This document shows, one piece after another, positions 9,276 through 18,645 of a stretch of 52,662 bases of DNA (position 1 is its first letter; every line of letters starts with the position of its first letter). The stretch lies in contig JAYFPW010000004.1 in NCBI GenBank assembly GCA_034927475.1, positions 1-52,662 of the forward strand, read 5' to 3'. The translations under genes were made by a program, and so were the position numbers. The DNA comes from Candidatus Elulimicrobiales bacterium. Its GTDB lineage: Bacteria; Patescibacteriota; Minisyncoccia; Phycocordibacterales; UBA5272. A model generated the notes under the pieces. That model did not search any database. It saw only the letters and a program-made list of their open reading frames with translations, and was not told the origin of the DNA.

Positions 9276-9656
9276 ATGCATTATTTTATAACAGCTATCA
9301 CAACAAAATATTTTGACTTCAAATCAAGAGCCAGAAGGTCAGAGTTTTGGTTTGTGGTTTTATTTAATTTTTTAATAACTTCAATTTTCCTATTTTCGGT
9401 TCTTCTTGCTGCTAGATACGGGCTATTTTTCTTATTTGGACTTATTACTGCTCTTTATATACTTTGGTATTTATTTATGATTATCCCAAGTTTTGCAGTT
9501 GCAATTAGAAGGTTGCACGATGTCGGAGTAAGTGGTTGGTGGATTTTACTTAGTTTTATTCCATTTTTTGGCAGTTTAGCTTTACTTGTTTTTTACTTTT
9601 TAGATAGTCAAAGAGGTTTAAATAGGTGGGGAACAAACCCGAAAGGAATTAGCTAG
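9276..9656 (+). CDS. DUF805 family membrane protein
   Basis: RARRSEFW, AVAIRRLHDVGVSGWW, NRWG.P motifs. Confidence 0.9.
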   Translation: MHYFITAITTKYFDFKSRARRSEFWFVVLFNFLITSIFLFSVLLAARYGLFFLFGLITALYILWYLFMIIPSFAVAIRRLHDVGVSGWWILLSFIPFFGSLALLVFYFLDSQRGLNRWGTNPKGIS

Positions 9657-9715
9657 TCTAAAATATAAAAAAAATTAAAAACTCCCGGTTGGGAGTTTTT
9701 AATTAATAACTTTTA

Positions 9716-10264
9716 TTATTCGTGATCGTGATCATGCTCATCACCACCGAAATCTTTTATATTTTCAGGACTAACTTTTCCACAAACACATGTTCCATTT
9801 TCACAAATACAAACTTCTTCCAAATCTTCACAACAAGGGCAATGTTTTTTAACTGCAAAGTAATAAACTATTGCTCCTATGATATTTGCAAACCAGAGAA
9901 CTAAAATCCAAACAGGTTTATAGTCTATGTCATGTTTAACAGCGTGGACAAGCATCCAAATCCAGAAAGCTAATAAAAGGATTGCGAAAATAGCAAAAAC
10001 TAAACCAGCTCCAGCAAAAGCCATCATGGCTCCAGGGAAAACTCTTTCAAATTTATCCATTCTCCAATCGTACATTGAATCTTGGTTGAATCTATTTCCA
10101 TAACCGTATTGATTTCCCGGTCCCCAATTAAATTCTTCAAAAAGCGGTGCAGAGATAGGCAAAATATCTTCTGCTACTGGTTGAGCATTTACAACAGACA
10201 TTCCTCCAATAAAGAGAAAAGCTGCAAGTGCTAAAATACTAATTTTTGATAATATATTTTTCAT
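9716..10264 (-). CDS. Membrane protein with PLDc N-terminal-like domain and Cys/His-rich tail
   Basis: FWIWMLVH..K.VWILVL..NIIGAIVYYF motif; signal peptide; CPCC..CIC..CVC and HDHDHE tail. Confidence 0.7.
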   Translation of the reverse strand: MKNILSKISILALAAFLFIGGMSVVNAQPVAEDILPISAPLFEEFNWGPGNQYGYGNRFNQDSMYDWRMDKFERVFPGAMMAFAGAGLVFAIFAILLLAFWIWMLVHAVKHDIDYKPVWILVLWFANIIGAIVYYFAVKKHCPCCEDLEEVCICENGTCVCGKVSPENIKDFGGDEHDHDHE

Positions 10265-10422
10265 AATGTTATTGTTTGTAATTCTTAATTAATATGTATA
10301 TATTATAAACCAAAAATTCAATTAACAAATATTGACAATAGAGAATAGCTTTATTTTTTCGCAAAAATGTAGTATCATATACTCTAAATTAGAATAAAAA
10401 TATAAAGAATTATTAAAACAAT

Positions 10423-10689
10423 ATGGCAGTAACAAAAACAGCAAAAAGAGCTATTCGTTCAGCAACAAATAGAAAAGTTGTAAATGATAAAAGAAAAAAG
10501 ACAATGAAAGAGACTGTAAAGTCTACTCGTGCTCTAATTTCACAGAAAGATAAAAAAGGATCTGAAAAGAATCTTCCTACAACTTTCTCAGCATTAGACA
10601 AAGCAGCAAAGAGGGGTATTATAAAAAAAGGGACAGCTGATAGAAAGAAATCCAGATTAGCAAAAGCAGTAGCTAAAATTGAAAAGTAA
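10423..10689 (+). CDS. rpsT: 30S ribosomal protein S20
   Basis: TAKRAIR...LDKAAKRGIIKKGTADRKKSRL. Confidence 0.95.
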   Translation: MAVTKTAKRAIRSATNRKVVNDKRKKTMKETVKSTRALISQKDKKGSEKNLPTTFSALDKAAKRGIIKKGTADRKKSRLAKAVAKIEK

Positions 10690-10721
10690 AATGCGGCGCG
10701 GCACAGCCGCGCCGCATTTTT
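10688..10721 (+). terminator. Intrinsic terminator directly before tRNA-Arg
   Basis: aaaatgcggcgcggc-aca-gccgcgccgcatttt. Confidence 0.8.
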
Positions 10722-10793
10722 GCTCTCGTAGTTCAACGGATAGAATTCAGGTTTGCGGTACCTGCGATTGAGGTTCGATTCCTCACGAGAGCA
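10722..10793 (+). tRNA. tRNA-Arg(GCG)
   Basis: Acceptor gctctcg/cgagagc; anticodon arm caggt-ttGCGgt-acctg. Confidence 0.93.
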
Positions 10794-10803
10794 CAAAAAT
10801 ATC

Positions 10804-11289
10804 TTACTTATCCCAAAGTTTATAAGCTAAAATAGCAAAAGCAATAGTCACATTTAAAGACTCTTTTAAACCAAGCATTGGAATTTCTACAATTTTATCT
10901 GAAAGATCTAAAACTTCTTTTTGTATTCCGTCGGTCTCACTTCCAATAATTAAAGCCACTTTCTCTCTTTCAGTTTTTAATTTCTTATAGTCTATAGATC
11001 TTTTATCTTGCTCTAAAGAAATAATTTCAAAATTATCTTTTTTTAACCCTTTTATAACTTCTAAAATATTTTCTCTATATTCCCAATTTATTTCATCTTC
11101 AGCGCCGAGTGAAGTTTTTACAAAATCTTTTCTTTTTTTATTTTGCCCTTCATATTTTTTACTAGATTCAAAAGGAGTAGGGGTTATACCGCAAAGATAA
11201 ATTTTATTAACTCCAATTCCGGAACTGGTTCTAAAAATAGAACCAACATTCAAAGAGGAGCGTATATTGTCTAAAATTACAACCTTCAT
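10804..11289 (-). CDS. TrmH/SpoU family RNA methyltransferase
   Basis: LDNIRS..NVGSIFRT, GSETDGI, IPMLG.KESLNV SPOUT motifs. Confidence 0.92.
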   Translation of the reverse strand: MKVVILDNIRSSLNVGSIFRTSSGIGVNKIYLCGITPTPFESSKKYEGQNKKRKDFVKTSLGAEDEINWEYRENILEVIKGLKKDNFEIISLEQDKRSIDYKKLKTEREKVALIIGSETDGIQKEVLDLSDKIVEIPMLGLKESLNVTIAFAILAYKLWDK

Positions 11290-11351
11290 AAGAATTTGAT
11301 TTTAATATATAAATTAAAAAATTAAAAGCGGATATTAAATCCGCTTTTAAT

Positions 11352-11633
11352 TTAGTTTTTTACTTCTTCAGCTTCTTTCTTTTCTTCTTCGTCCCACTCT
11401 TTTACTTCTTCTCTAACTTTATCTCTAAATTCTTCTTTTTTGTCATCGATTTTTTCTTGAATGTTTTCTTTAACGTCTTCTATTTTTTCTTTAACGTCTT
11501 CTTTAAAATCAACAACTTTTTCTTTTACATCTGCTGAAATATCTTCAATTTTGTCTCCAACTTTTTCAGAAGTGTTTTTTACTTCTTTTTTTGTTTTCTT
11601 AAAAAACTTTTTTATTTTATCCATTAAACTCAT
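11352..11633 (-). CDS. Highly charged coiled-coil hypothetical protein
   Basis: 11-aa periodic DVKEKIE repeats; own promoter and terminator. Confidence 0.7.
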   Translation of the reverse strand: MSLMDKIKKFFKKTKKEVKNTSEKVGDKIEDISADVKEKVVDFKEDVKEKIEDVKENIQEKIDDKKEEFRDKVREEVKEWDEEEKKEAEEVKN

Positions 11634-11724
11634 ATATTTTCGTTATAATTCATTATTAATAAGATTCCTCTAGTAGAGCCTTAGTATAGCATTTTAGGGT
11701 CAAATATGCTATATTTATCCTACT

Positions 11725-11809
11725 GGAAGTGTGGCCGAGTGGTTGAAGGCACCGGTCTTGAAAACCGGCAAGGGGCAACTCTTCGTGAGTTCGAATCTCA
11801 CCACTTCCG
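11725..11809 (+). tRNA. tRNA-Ser(UGA)
   Basis: ccggt-ctTGAaa-accgg anticodon arm; long variable arm. Confidence 0.95.
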
Positions 11810-11880
11810 CTAAGAGAAAGTAGTATTCACCATTTATAAATTTAATGGTGTTTTATCTCTGTGTTTGATATCATATAGCT

Positions 11881-12783
11881 ATGAAAAATAATATACCCAT
11901 AGTCGAATCTGTTAGGGAGAGAGATGTTGATTTACTTATTCTAGAAGAATTTTATTCTGAAACAGGATTTGAAAGACTTTTTTTAAATAAAATAAATAAA
12001 GAAAACTTAAAGTTTCTTTGCGCTTACAGAAGTGTAACAACCTCAGGGTTAGGGGAAACAGATTTACAAATTGAGTTTTTAGATGAAGACAATAAAACTT
12101 TTTATTTACTTATTGAAAACAAAATAGACGCTCCTTTTCAGGAAGCGCAATATGAAAGATATTTAAAGAGGGCCACAGCTCTTTCTGAAGATAACTCTAA
12201 AGTAATTTTAGTTGCCCCAGAAGGGTATATAAAAAATAAAAATGAGTTTGAGTATCATATTTCTTATGAGGAACTTAGTAGGTTTTTTGAGAATAAAAAA
12301 GGTTCTAGGAATGAGTATAAAATGGAAATATTAAGACTTGCTATCGAACAGGAAAGACGAGGTTATCAAATTATTAAAGATGAACAAGTTACCGCTTTTT
12401 GGAAGGAGTATTACATCTATGTAAAAATAAATATTCCAGAATTAGAAATGCCAGACCCAAAGTCTAAACCCTCATCTTCTTCTTTTGTATATTTTAAATC
12501 TTCATGGGTTCCTAAAAATATGAAACTAATCCATAAAATGGAAAAAGGTAATCTAGATTTAGAGTTAAGTGGGCAAGCAGATAAATATGAAGAAATTATT
12601 GAAAAATATAAAGAGAATATAATTGAAGATATAGAAATAGTTGTTACAGGTAAATCTTTAGTGTTCAGGACAAATGTTCCGGATTTAAATCTAAAAAATA
12701 TATTTGAAGAAGAAAGGGATAAAATGGAAGAGTTTATATCTAAATACAATCTATTAAAAAACTGGTTTTTGTCCACGATTTAA
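11881..12783 (+). CDS. PD-(D/E)XK nuclease family protein
   Basis: ERDVD...GETDL...LIENKIDA.FQ..Q..RY motif. Confidence 0.8.
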   Translation: MKNNIPIVESVRERDVDLLILEEFYSETGFERLFLNKINKENLKFLCAYRSVTTSGLGETDLQIEFLDEDNKTFYLLIENKIDAPFQEAQYERYLKRATALSEDNSKVILVAPEGYIKNKNEFEYHISYEELSRFFENKKGSRNEYKMEILRLAIEQERRGYQIIKDEQVTAFWKEYYIYVKINIPELEMPDPKSKPSSSSFVYFKSSWVPKNMKLIHKMEKGNLDLELSGQADKYEEIIEKYKENIIEDIEIVVTGKSLVFRTNVPDLNLKNIFEEERDKMEEFISKYNLLKNWFLSTI

Positions 12784-12797
12784 TTTTTAGGAAAAGA

Positions 12798-13418
12798 TTA
12801 CTTATTTCTGTTTTTCTTTTTTAAATACTTAGCCATTAAAAATATAACCACCACAGATAAAATTATTAAAACTATATTTTTATATTCATCTACAATTTTT
12901 ACAACATTTTCCCAATTTTCTCCTAAAACAGATCCTGCATAAATAAGTAAAGTATTCCAAACCAAAGATCCTAAAGTCGTATAAATTGTAAATTTAAATA
13001 AATTCATTTTAACCATGCCGGCTGGTATAGAGATGAGACTACGAACAATTGGTACACATCTTCCAAAAAATACTGCAAAAGATTCCCATTTTTCAAAAAA
13101 CTTTACAGTTTTATCGACTTCACTTTTTTTAAAACCTAACCTTTTAACATATTTTTTTTCTAGCCAAATATTTAATTTCTCTACATTTAAAAGTACACCA
13201 ATATAATAAAGAATCAAAGCGCCAAGAACCGAACCTATAGTTGCAGAAATTATTAAACCTAAAATAGTTAGATGAGAGCTTTCTAGGGTCGCAGCAAAAC
13301 CTCCAAAAGGTAAAATTATTTCAGAAGGAATTGGTGGAAAAATATTTTCAATTAAAATTAGAAAAAACATTCCAAAATACCCAAATTGATTCATTATGTT
13401 AGTGATAAATATTTCCAT
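12798..13418 (-). CDS. DedA family membrane protein
   Basis: ENIFPPIPSEIILPFGG, FFGRCVPIVRSLISIPAG. Confidence 0.93.
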   Translation of the reverse strand: MEIFITNIMNQFGYFGMFFLILIENIFPPIPSEIILPFGGFAATLESSHLTILGLIISATIGSVLGALILYYIGVLLNVEKLNIWLEKKYVKRLGFKKSEVDKTVKFFEKWESFAVFFGRCVPIVRSLISIPAGMVKMNLFKFTIYTTLGSLVWNTLLIYAGSVLGENWENVVKIVDEYKNIVLIILSVVVIFLMAKYLKKKNRNK

Positions 13419-13480
13419 AAAGTTATTCCTATTTTAACAGAAAAGGGGTATAATAATCCAGTTATTTTAAGTTACTCTAT

Positions 13481-14071
13481 ATGATAGAAACAATAATAGA
13501 AGCCGTAGCGTCTTTTTTGTCTTCCTATAAATATTTTTTTCTTATAGTTACGTCCCTTTTGCAAGGCAGAATGGTGGCGGTTTTTGCTGGATTGTTAATT
13601 AATATGAAAGAGTTGGCATTTTGGCCAACATATTTAATTTTAGTTTTTATTGGTGTAATTTCAGACGCTGCTTATTATTTTTTAGGAAGATTTGGTTCAA
13701 ATTCTAAAATCGCAAAAAAGCATGAAGAGAAAATTGGATATATAAAAAAATTTTGGGACAAACATCCAGGAAAAGTTATTATCTTTGGAAAGGTAACCAT
13801 GGTTTTTATTGTGCCAGTTTTAATTTTATCCGGACTTGTTAAATTCCCTCTAAAAAAACTTTTTAAATACACTATAATTACAGACTTAGTTTTTGTTTTA
13901 GTTTTACTTGGGACAGGTTATTTCTTCGGTAATGCTTTTGGTGAAAATTATAGATATTTAGGAGCTATAGCTTCTCTCTTTGTAATAGGTTTCATTTTTG
14001 TGATTTTTGTATTAAAATACTTAGGTAAAAAGAAAATAAGTGCCCAAACAAATTCTACAGAAAAACAGTAG
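13481..14071 (+). CDS. DedA/VTT domain membrane protein
   Basis: SDAAYYFLGRFG and IIFGK motifs; several TM helices. Confidence 0.8.
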   Translation: MIETIIEAVASFLSSYKYFFLIVTSLLQGRMVAVFAGLLINMKELAFWPTYLILVFIGVISDAAYYFLGRFGSNSKIAKKHEEKIGYIKKFWDKHPGKVIIFGKVTMVFIVPVLILSGLVKFPLKKLFKYTIITDLVFVLVLLGTGYFFGNAFGENYRYLGAIASLFVIGFIFVIFVLKYLGKKKISAQTNSTEKQ

Positions 14072-14083
14072 AAAAATAAAAAT

Positions 14084-14653
14084 ATGAACAAAGATAAATC
14101 TAAAAAAACAATGTTGCTAGTAGCTTTAATTTTAGTAGTAATTTTAGCTACCATCATAACCCGTTTCTTTACAAAAGATAGAACTTGGCCAATTAAGGCG
14201 GAGACAAGCTCTAGTACGGAAATTGTTATACCAGAAAACTGGCTTTCTGGAGAAAGTGAAGGTTTTATATTTAAATATCCAGAAAATTTTGGAACAAAAT
14301 ATATAAACCCAGTTGATTGGCCTATTAAAATTAATATTTCCAAACAAGCATTTTCTTGCCTTGAAGCTGGAAATGAGATTTCACTAGCAGGCGAGACCAA
14401 GTTAGAATCAGTAGGAAATAGAGAATATTGTGTAACAAGAGAAAGTGAAGGAGCGGCTGGAAGTATTTATACAAACTATGCTTACGCTTTTCCTTACAAC
14501 AACGAAACTCTGATTATGACTTTTTCTTCAAGAGCTACACAATGCATGAATTATGACAATCCAGAACAAGCTGAATGTTTAACTGAAAGAGAAAGTTTTA
14601 ACATCACTCCTTTAGTAGATAAAATTGCAAGTACTATTAAGAGTTCAAATTAG
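14084..14653 (+). CDS. Membrane-anchored hypothetical protein
   Basis: N-terminal TM; EGAAGSIY motif; 4 Cys. Confidence 0.75.
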   Translation: MNKDKSKKTMLLVALILVVILATIITRFFTKDRTWPIKAETSSSTEIVIPENWLSGESEGFIFKYPENFGTKYINPVDWPIKINISKQAFSCLEAGNEISLAGETKLESVGNREYCVTRESEGAAGSIYTNYAYAFPYNNETLIMTFSSRATQCMNYDNPEQAECLTERESFNITPLVDKIASTIKSSN

Positions 14654-14686
14654 TTCTTTTCTGTTTTAATAGTATAATTTAAGCAC

Positions 14687-15529
14687 ATGAAAAGAAACCA
14701 AGTTATTTTAATTGTTTTATTAATAATTGCTTTGGCGGCGTTAACTTTTTCGCTTTGGAGAATTTTTAGAAATCCTAAGACACAAAATTTGATTCCTGTA
14801 GCCACAACAACTACAGCTACTAATACAGAGTCTGTTTCTGTTGAAGAGAAAAAAATAACAAATAATACAGATTTTTATGAAATCAACATAAAGTATCCAG
14901 AAGATTCAAGGGATAAAAATAAAGAAATAGAAAGTTTTATTTTAGCTAGCACAGAAAGAAAAAAGGATGATTGGAAAGTTGGCGGAGAGATCTATAACGA
15001 CGAAAAAGCTTTAACTAAACTTTATCCAGACAGAGCCAACACTGCCTATACTTATGATATAACCTATCAAACTTATGAAGCGCCTAGTAGAGGAACGATT
15101 TCGTATGTATTTAATACTTATGAATTTACCGGAGGAGCGCACGGTAACAGTGTTGTAAACACTTTTACTTTTAATAAAGATGGAAAAATCGCTATAGACG
15201 ATATTCTCACTTTAGCAGAAAATAATAACGATATAAAATTAAGCAGAGTCTTGGCAGAGAAAATTAGACAATCCCAAGGTGACATGGTTATAGAAGATAT
15301 GCTTATGGAAGGACTTGGGCTTGCTTACTTAAAAGCGGATGGAAAAACTTTAGATAAAGAAAAATGCAACTGTGATGGATTTTTCTTTGGTTCAAATTTT
15401 CAAAATTTTTATTTAACGGATGAAGGTATCACTTTCTTATTTAATCAATACCAAGTTGCTCCGGGGGCAGCTGGAATAGTTAAGGTAACTTTAGACTGGG
15501 ATTCTTTAAATTCTTATTTAAAAAAATAA
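14687..15529 (+). CDS. DUF3298/DUF4163 (PdaC/RsiV-like) protein
   Basis: YEFTGGAHG, NFYLTDEGITFLFNQYQVAP.AAG. Confidence 0.85.
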   Translation: MKRNQVILIVLLIIALAALTFSLWRIFRNPKTQNLIPVATTTTATNTESVSVEEKKITNNTDFYEINIKYPEDSRDKNKEIESFILASTERKKDDWKVGGEIYNDEKALTKLYPDRANTAYTYDITYQTYEAPSRGTISYVFNTYEFTGGAHGNSVVNTFTFNKDGKIAIDDILTLAENNNDIKLSRVLAEKIRQSQGDMVIEDMLMEGLGLAYLKADGKTLDKEKCNCDGFFFGSNFQNFYLTDEGITFLFNQYQVAPGAAGIVKVTLDWDSLNSYLKK

Positions 15530-15608
15530 AACTCAGTTTTCTTACAAAAAATAAACCCTAAAAAATAGGGTTTATTTTTTATTTTTTTTAGCTTATAATG
15601 CGAACATT

Positions 15609-16535
15609 ATGGCAAAGACCACTCAAAAAAGTAAGCCAAATATAAACCCTTTTGTGACTTTTTTTATTTTTTCTTTACTTTTTTTTATTCCTTTTTTTAT
15701 ATCTTCAATCTTAACCACCGATTATTTAGAAAGAAAAAACGCTGTTTCTTTAGAAGAAGAAGCGATTCATTTTGAAAAAGTTTTAAATACAAATAATTTA
15801 AATAGTTTATACGAAAAAGACAGCGCTTCTTTTAGTTCTAGCTCATTACCAGAAGATAAAGTTGTAGTTTTAGGATATCATCAAGTTCGTAATGTTGAAG
15901 TGTCGGACGGCCCAAAAGCTAGACTCTTTATAACTTCTCCAGAAACTTTTGAAAAAGAAATAAAACTTTTATCTGACGAAGGATATATTTCTATTTCTGT
16001 AACTGAATATATAAATTATTTAAAAAATAAAAAGGAAAATCCTATTCCAAAAAAATCTGTAGTTATTACTTTTGATGATGGATATCTTACACAATACACA
16101 AACGCTTTTCCAATCTTAAAAAAATATGGAATGAAAGCCACATTATTTTTGTATATGGATTGTATAGATAAATATCCAGCTTGTATGACATCTTCGCAAA
16201 TTGAAGAGATGACAGCTTTAGGAATAACTGTAGCCAATCATACTTTAAGACATAGTTTTTTAACTGAGCAAAAAGAAGCTGTAATTAAAAAAGAAGTTTT
16301 AGATAATCAAAATTTATTAGAAAAAAAATTTGGAAAAGAAAATGTTGAAAAAGTTTTAGCCTATCCTTATGGTAGTCAAAATGAAAAAATAAAATTTATT
16401 ATTCAAAATTTGGGATATGTGGGAGCTGTCGGCATTTCAAAAGGGGTTGAAAAAGATGATTCAAATATTTTTAATTTACACAGATATTTGATGGGAAACA
16501 AGACAGAGCTTTTTGAAGAATTATTTAAAAGCTAA
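15609..16535 (+). CDS. Polysaccharide deacetylase (NodB/CE4)
   Basis: YHQV, ITFDDGY, NHTLRH, AYPYG. Confidence 0.93.
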   Translation: MAKTTQKSKPNINPFVTFFIFSLLFFIPFFISSILTTDYLERKNAVSLEEEAIHFEKVLNTNNLNSLYEKDSASFSSSSLPEDKVVVLGYHQVRNVEVSDGPKARLFITSPETFEKEIKLLSDEGYISISVTEYINYLKNKKENPIPKKSVVITFDDGYLTQYTNAFPILKKYGMKATLFLYMDCIDKYPACMTSSQIEEMTALGITVANHTLRHSFLTEQKEAVIKKEVLDNQNLLEKKFGKENVEKVLAYPYGSQNEKIKFIIQNLGYVGAVGISKGVEKDDSNIFNLHRYLMGNKTELFEELFKS

Positions 16536-16542
16536 CTCAACC

Positions 16543-16578
16543 AGTTGAAAACCCCCGAAGATTCGGGGGTTTTCAACT
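16543..16578. terminator. Perfect 17-bp inverted repeat, bidirectional terminator
   Basis: agttgaaaacccccgaa-ga-ttcgggggttttcaact. Confidence 0.8.
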
Positions 16579-16699
16579 TACGTAAACTTCTCTGGTATTT
16601 AAGTTTACTTAACTATTATATAAAATCCAATAAAAAATGCAAATATCCAGCTTAACATTTGTGGAAAAGTTTTAACATGCTAAAATTGGGATAAATATT

Positions 16700-18001
16700 A
16701 TGACAGAGAAAATATTAAGAAAATTAGAAAAATTTATACCTAAAAAACTTTATAAATTGGGACAACCTGTGTATCATTTTTTGTTAGCTATTACTGGTAC
16801 CGTTTTATACGGCTTTCCTGCTAGAAAGATGAAAATGATAGCTGTAACCGGGACTAAAGGTAAAACTTCAACTGTAAATTTTATCCATTCTGTCCTCTCA
16901 GAAACCAGTGAAAAAGTCGGACTTATTTCAACTGCTAATATAAAAATTGGAGAAAAAGATATTCCAAATAAATATCATATGAGTATGCCAGGGAGATTTA
17001 TTCTTCAGAAAATTTTAAAGCAAATGAAAAATGCTGGATGTAAATATGTTGCTTTAGAAGTGACTAGTGAAGGAGTAAAACAATTCAGACATCTAGGATT
17101 ATTTTTAGATGTTGCGATTTTTACAAATCTCTCACCAGAACATTTAGCTTCTCATGGAGGGTCTTTTGAAAAGTATAGAGCAGCAAAAATGAAGATTTTT
17201 AAAAAGACAATTTTCAATAAATTAAAATTAGTTTTAATAAATAAAGATGATGAAAACGCAAAAGCTTTTGAGGAAGCTAGCTATATAGAAAAAATAAATT
17301 TTTCACTAGAAGATGTGTCTAACATAGAAGAAAAAGATAATGGGGTAAGTTTTAATTTTAAAGGTTCAGATTTTAAGTTAAACACTCTTGGTAAATTTAA
17401 TATTTATAATGCGCTCCCAGCTATACTTTTAGGTGAAAAGTTTGGATTAAATTTTGAACAAATCCGTAAAGGCTTATTAAAATTAAATTTAATTCCTGGA
17501 AGAATGGAAGAGATTGATGAAGGACAAGATTTTAAGGTTATAGTTGATTATGCTCATGAAAAATTAAGCATGAATAGCTTACTCAACACAGCAAAGAATT
17601 TGAAAAAAAATGAAGACAATAAAATAATTATTGTTCTTGGTGGGGACGGGGGAGGTAGAGACGAACAAAGACTTTATGATATGGGAAAAGTGGTGGGAGA
17701 AAAAGCGGATATCGTCATAGTTTCAAATTCTGATCCTTATTTTGACGACGAAATGGCTTTAGCTCAAAAAATTGCAGGAGAGGCAGACAAGGCTGGAAAA
17801 ATCTATAATGAAAATTTATTTATTATCGTAGACAGAGGAGAAGCTATTAAAAAAGCAATTGAATTAGCTAAGAAAGACGACATTGTTTTACTTACAACCA
17901 GAGGTTCTTTAAATACAATGAGCATAAAAGGAAAAAAAGTTTTGAGCGATGATAGAGTGATAGCTAGAGAAATTCTTAAAAGTACAATAAATGAAAGTTA
18001 G
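16700..18001 (+). CDS. murE: UDP-N-acetylmuramyl-tripeptide synthetase (Mur ligase)
   Basis: VTGTKGKTS, LEVTSEG, FTNLSPEHL, PGRME, VDYAH, GGGRD. Confidence 0.88.
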   Translation: MTEKILRKLEKFIPKKLYKLGQPVYHFLLAITGTVLYGFPARKMKMIAVTGTKGKTSTVNFIHSVLSETSEKVGLISTANIKIGEKDIPNKYHMSMPGRFILQKILKQMKNAGCKYVALEVTSEGVKQFRHLGLFLDVAIFTNLSPEHLASHGGSFEKYRAAKMKIFKKTIFNKLKLVLINKDDENAKAFEEASYIEKINFSLEDVSNIEEKDNGVSFNFKGSDFKLNTLGKFNIYNALPAILLGEKFGLNFEQIRKGLLKLNLIPGRMEEIDEGQDFKVIVDYAHEKLSMNSLLNTAKNLKKNEDNKIIIVLGGDGGGRDEQRLYDMGKVVGEKADIVIVSNSDPYFDDEMALAQKIAGEADKAGKIYNENLFIIVDRGEAIKKAIELAKKDDIVLLTTRGSLNTMSIKGKKVLSDDRVIAREILKSTINES

Positions 18002-18038
18002 CTAATTTCTTTCAAATTTTTAATTAAATTATAAAATC

Positions 18039-18428
18039 ATGAAAAAATATTTAGGAATAGATTATGGAAGTAAAAAAATTGGTCTCGCCACTTCAGACGA
18101 AGAGGGCAAATTTGCTTTTCCTTTTTCTATTATTTCAAATAAAAATAAAGAAGAAGCTTTTCAAAAGATACTAAATGTTTTAAAAGAAAGAAAGATTGAA
18201 AATATAGTTATAGGCGAAAGTCTAAATTTAAAAGGTGAAGAAAATAAAATTCTAAAAGAGACTAAAGATTTTGCAGAAAAATTAGAGAAAGAAAATTTTA
18301 AAATCTTTTTTGAAAAAGAGTGGCTTTCAACAATAGAAGCTAGAAGATTTGATGATAGAAAAGACGCCGATGATTCTGCTGCTGCTATTATTTTGCAAAG
18401 ATTTTTAGATAAATCAAACAGGGGATAA
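18039..18428 (+). CDS. ruvX: YqgF/RuvX family nuclease
   Basis: LGIDYGSKKIGLA, E.LST.EA, DDSAAAIILQRFLD. Confidence 0.92.
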   Translation: MKKYLGIDYGSKKIGLATSDEEGKFAFPFSIISNKNKEEAFQKILNVLKERKIENIVIGESLNLKGEENKILKETKDFAEKLEKENFKIFFEKEWLSTIEARRFDDRKDADDSAAAIILQRFLDKSNRG

Positions 18429-18466
18429 ATATTTGCAACTTTCTTCCAGCTTGATACACTGTCTAT

Positions 18467-18595
18467 TGTGAGCTTTATTGTTCTTTAAATTTGACCTTAG
18501 GCCTTATGTAGATATTATAGGATAAGGATAAAATTTTGGAGCAAGTATCACACAAATAAAAGCCCTAATTCTTTCTCAAAAGTTAGGGTTTTTTC
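18467..18595 (+). ncRNA. Candidate small RNA (long irregular hairpin plus terminator)
   Basis: ttgcaa(18433)..TGaTACACT(18452-60) promoter; about 86-nt rod-like fold; U-tailed terminator; no ORF. Confidence 0.5.
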
Positions 18596-18645
18596 TTTTT
18601 AAATATTAAAGTGATATAATCAAAAAATAATTTTATAATTGAACT

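Noticed and set aside
10413-10796. Minus-strand 127-aa ORF (and 21480..21686, 23011..23193, 23066..23278)
   Set aside because: These are antisense to or overlap rpsT, tRNA genes or the small Cys-rich ORF, and appear spurious.
11685-11713. CIRCE-like inverted repeat tatagcat..atgctata
   Set aside because: Spacing and arms do not fit TTAGCACTC-N9-GAGTGCTAA; explained by two divergent extended -10 boxes.
11725-11809. Selenocysteine or UGA-suppressor tRNA
   Set aside because: The anticodon is UGA (reads Ser UCA), not UCA; ordinary tRNA-Ser.
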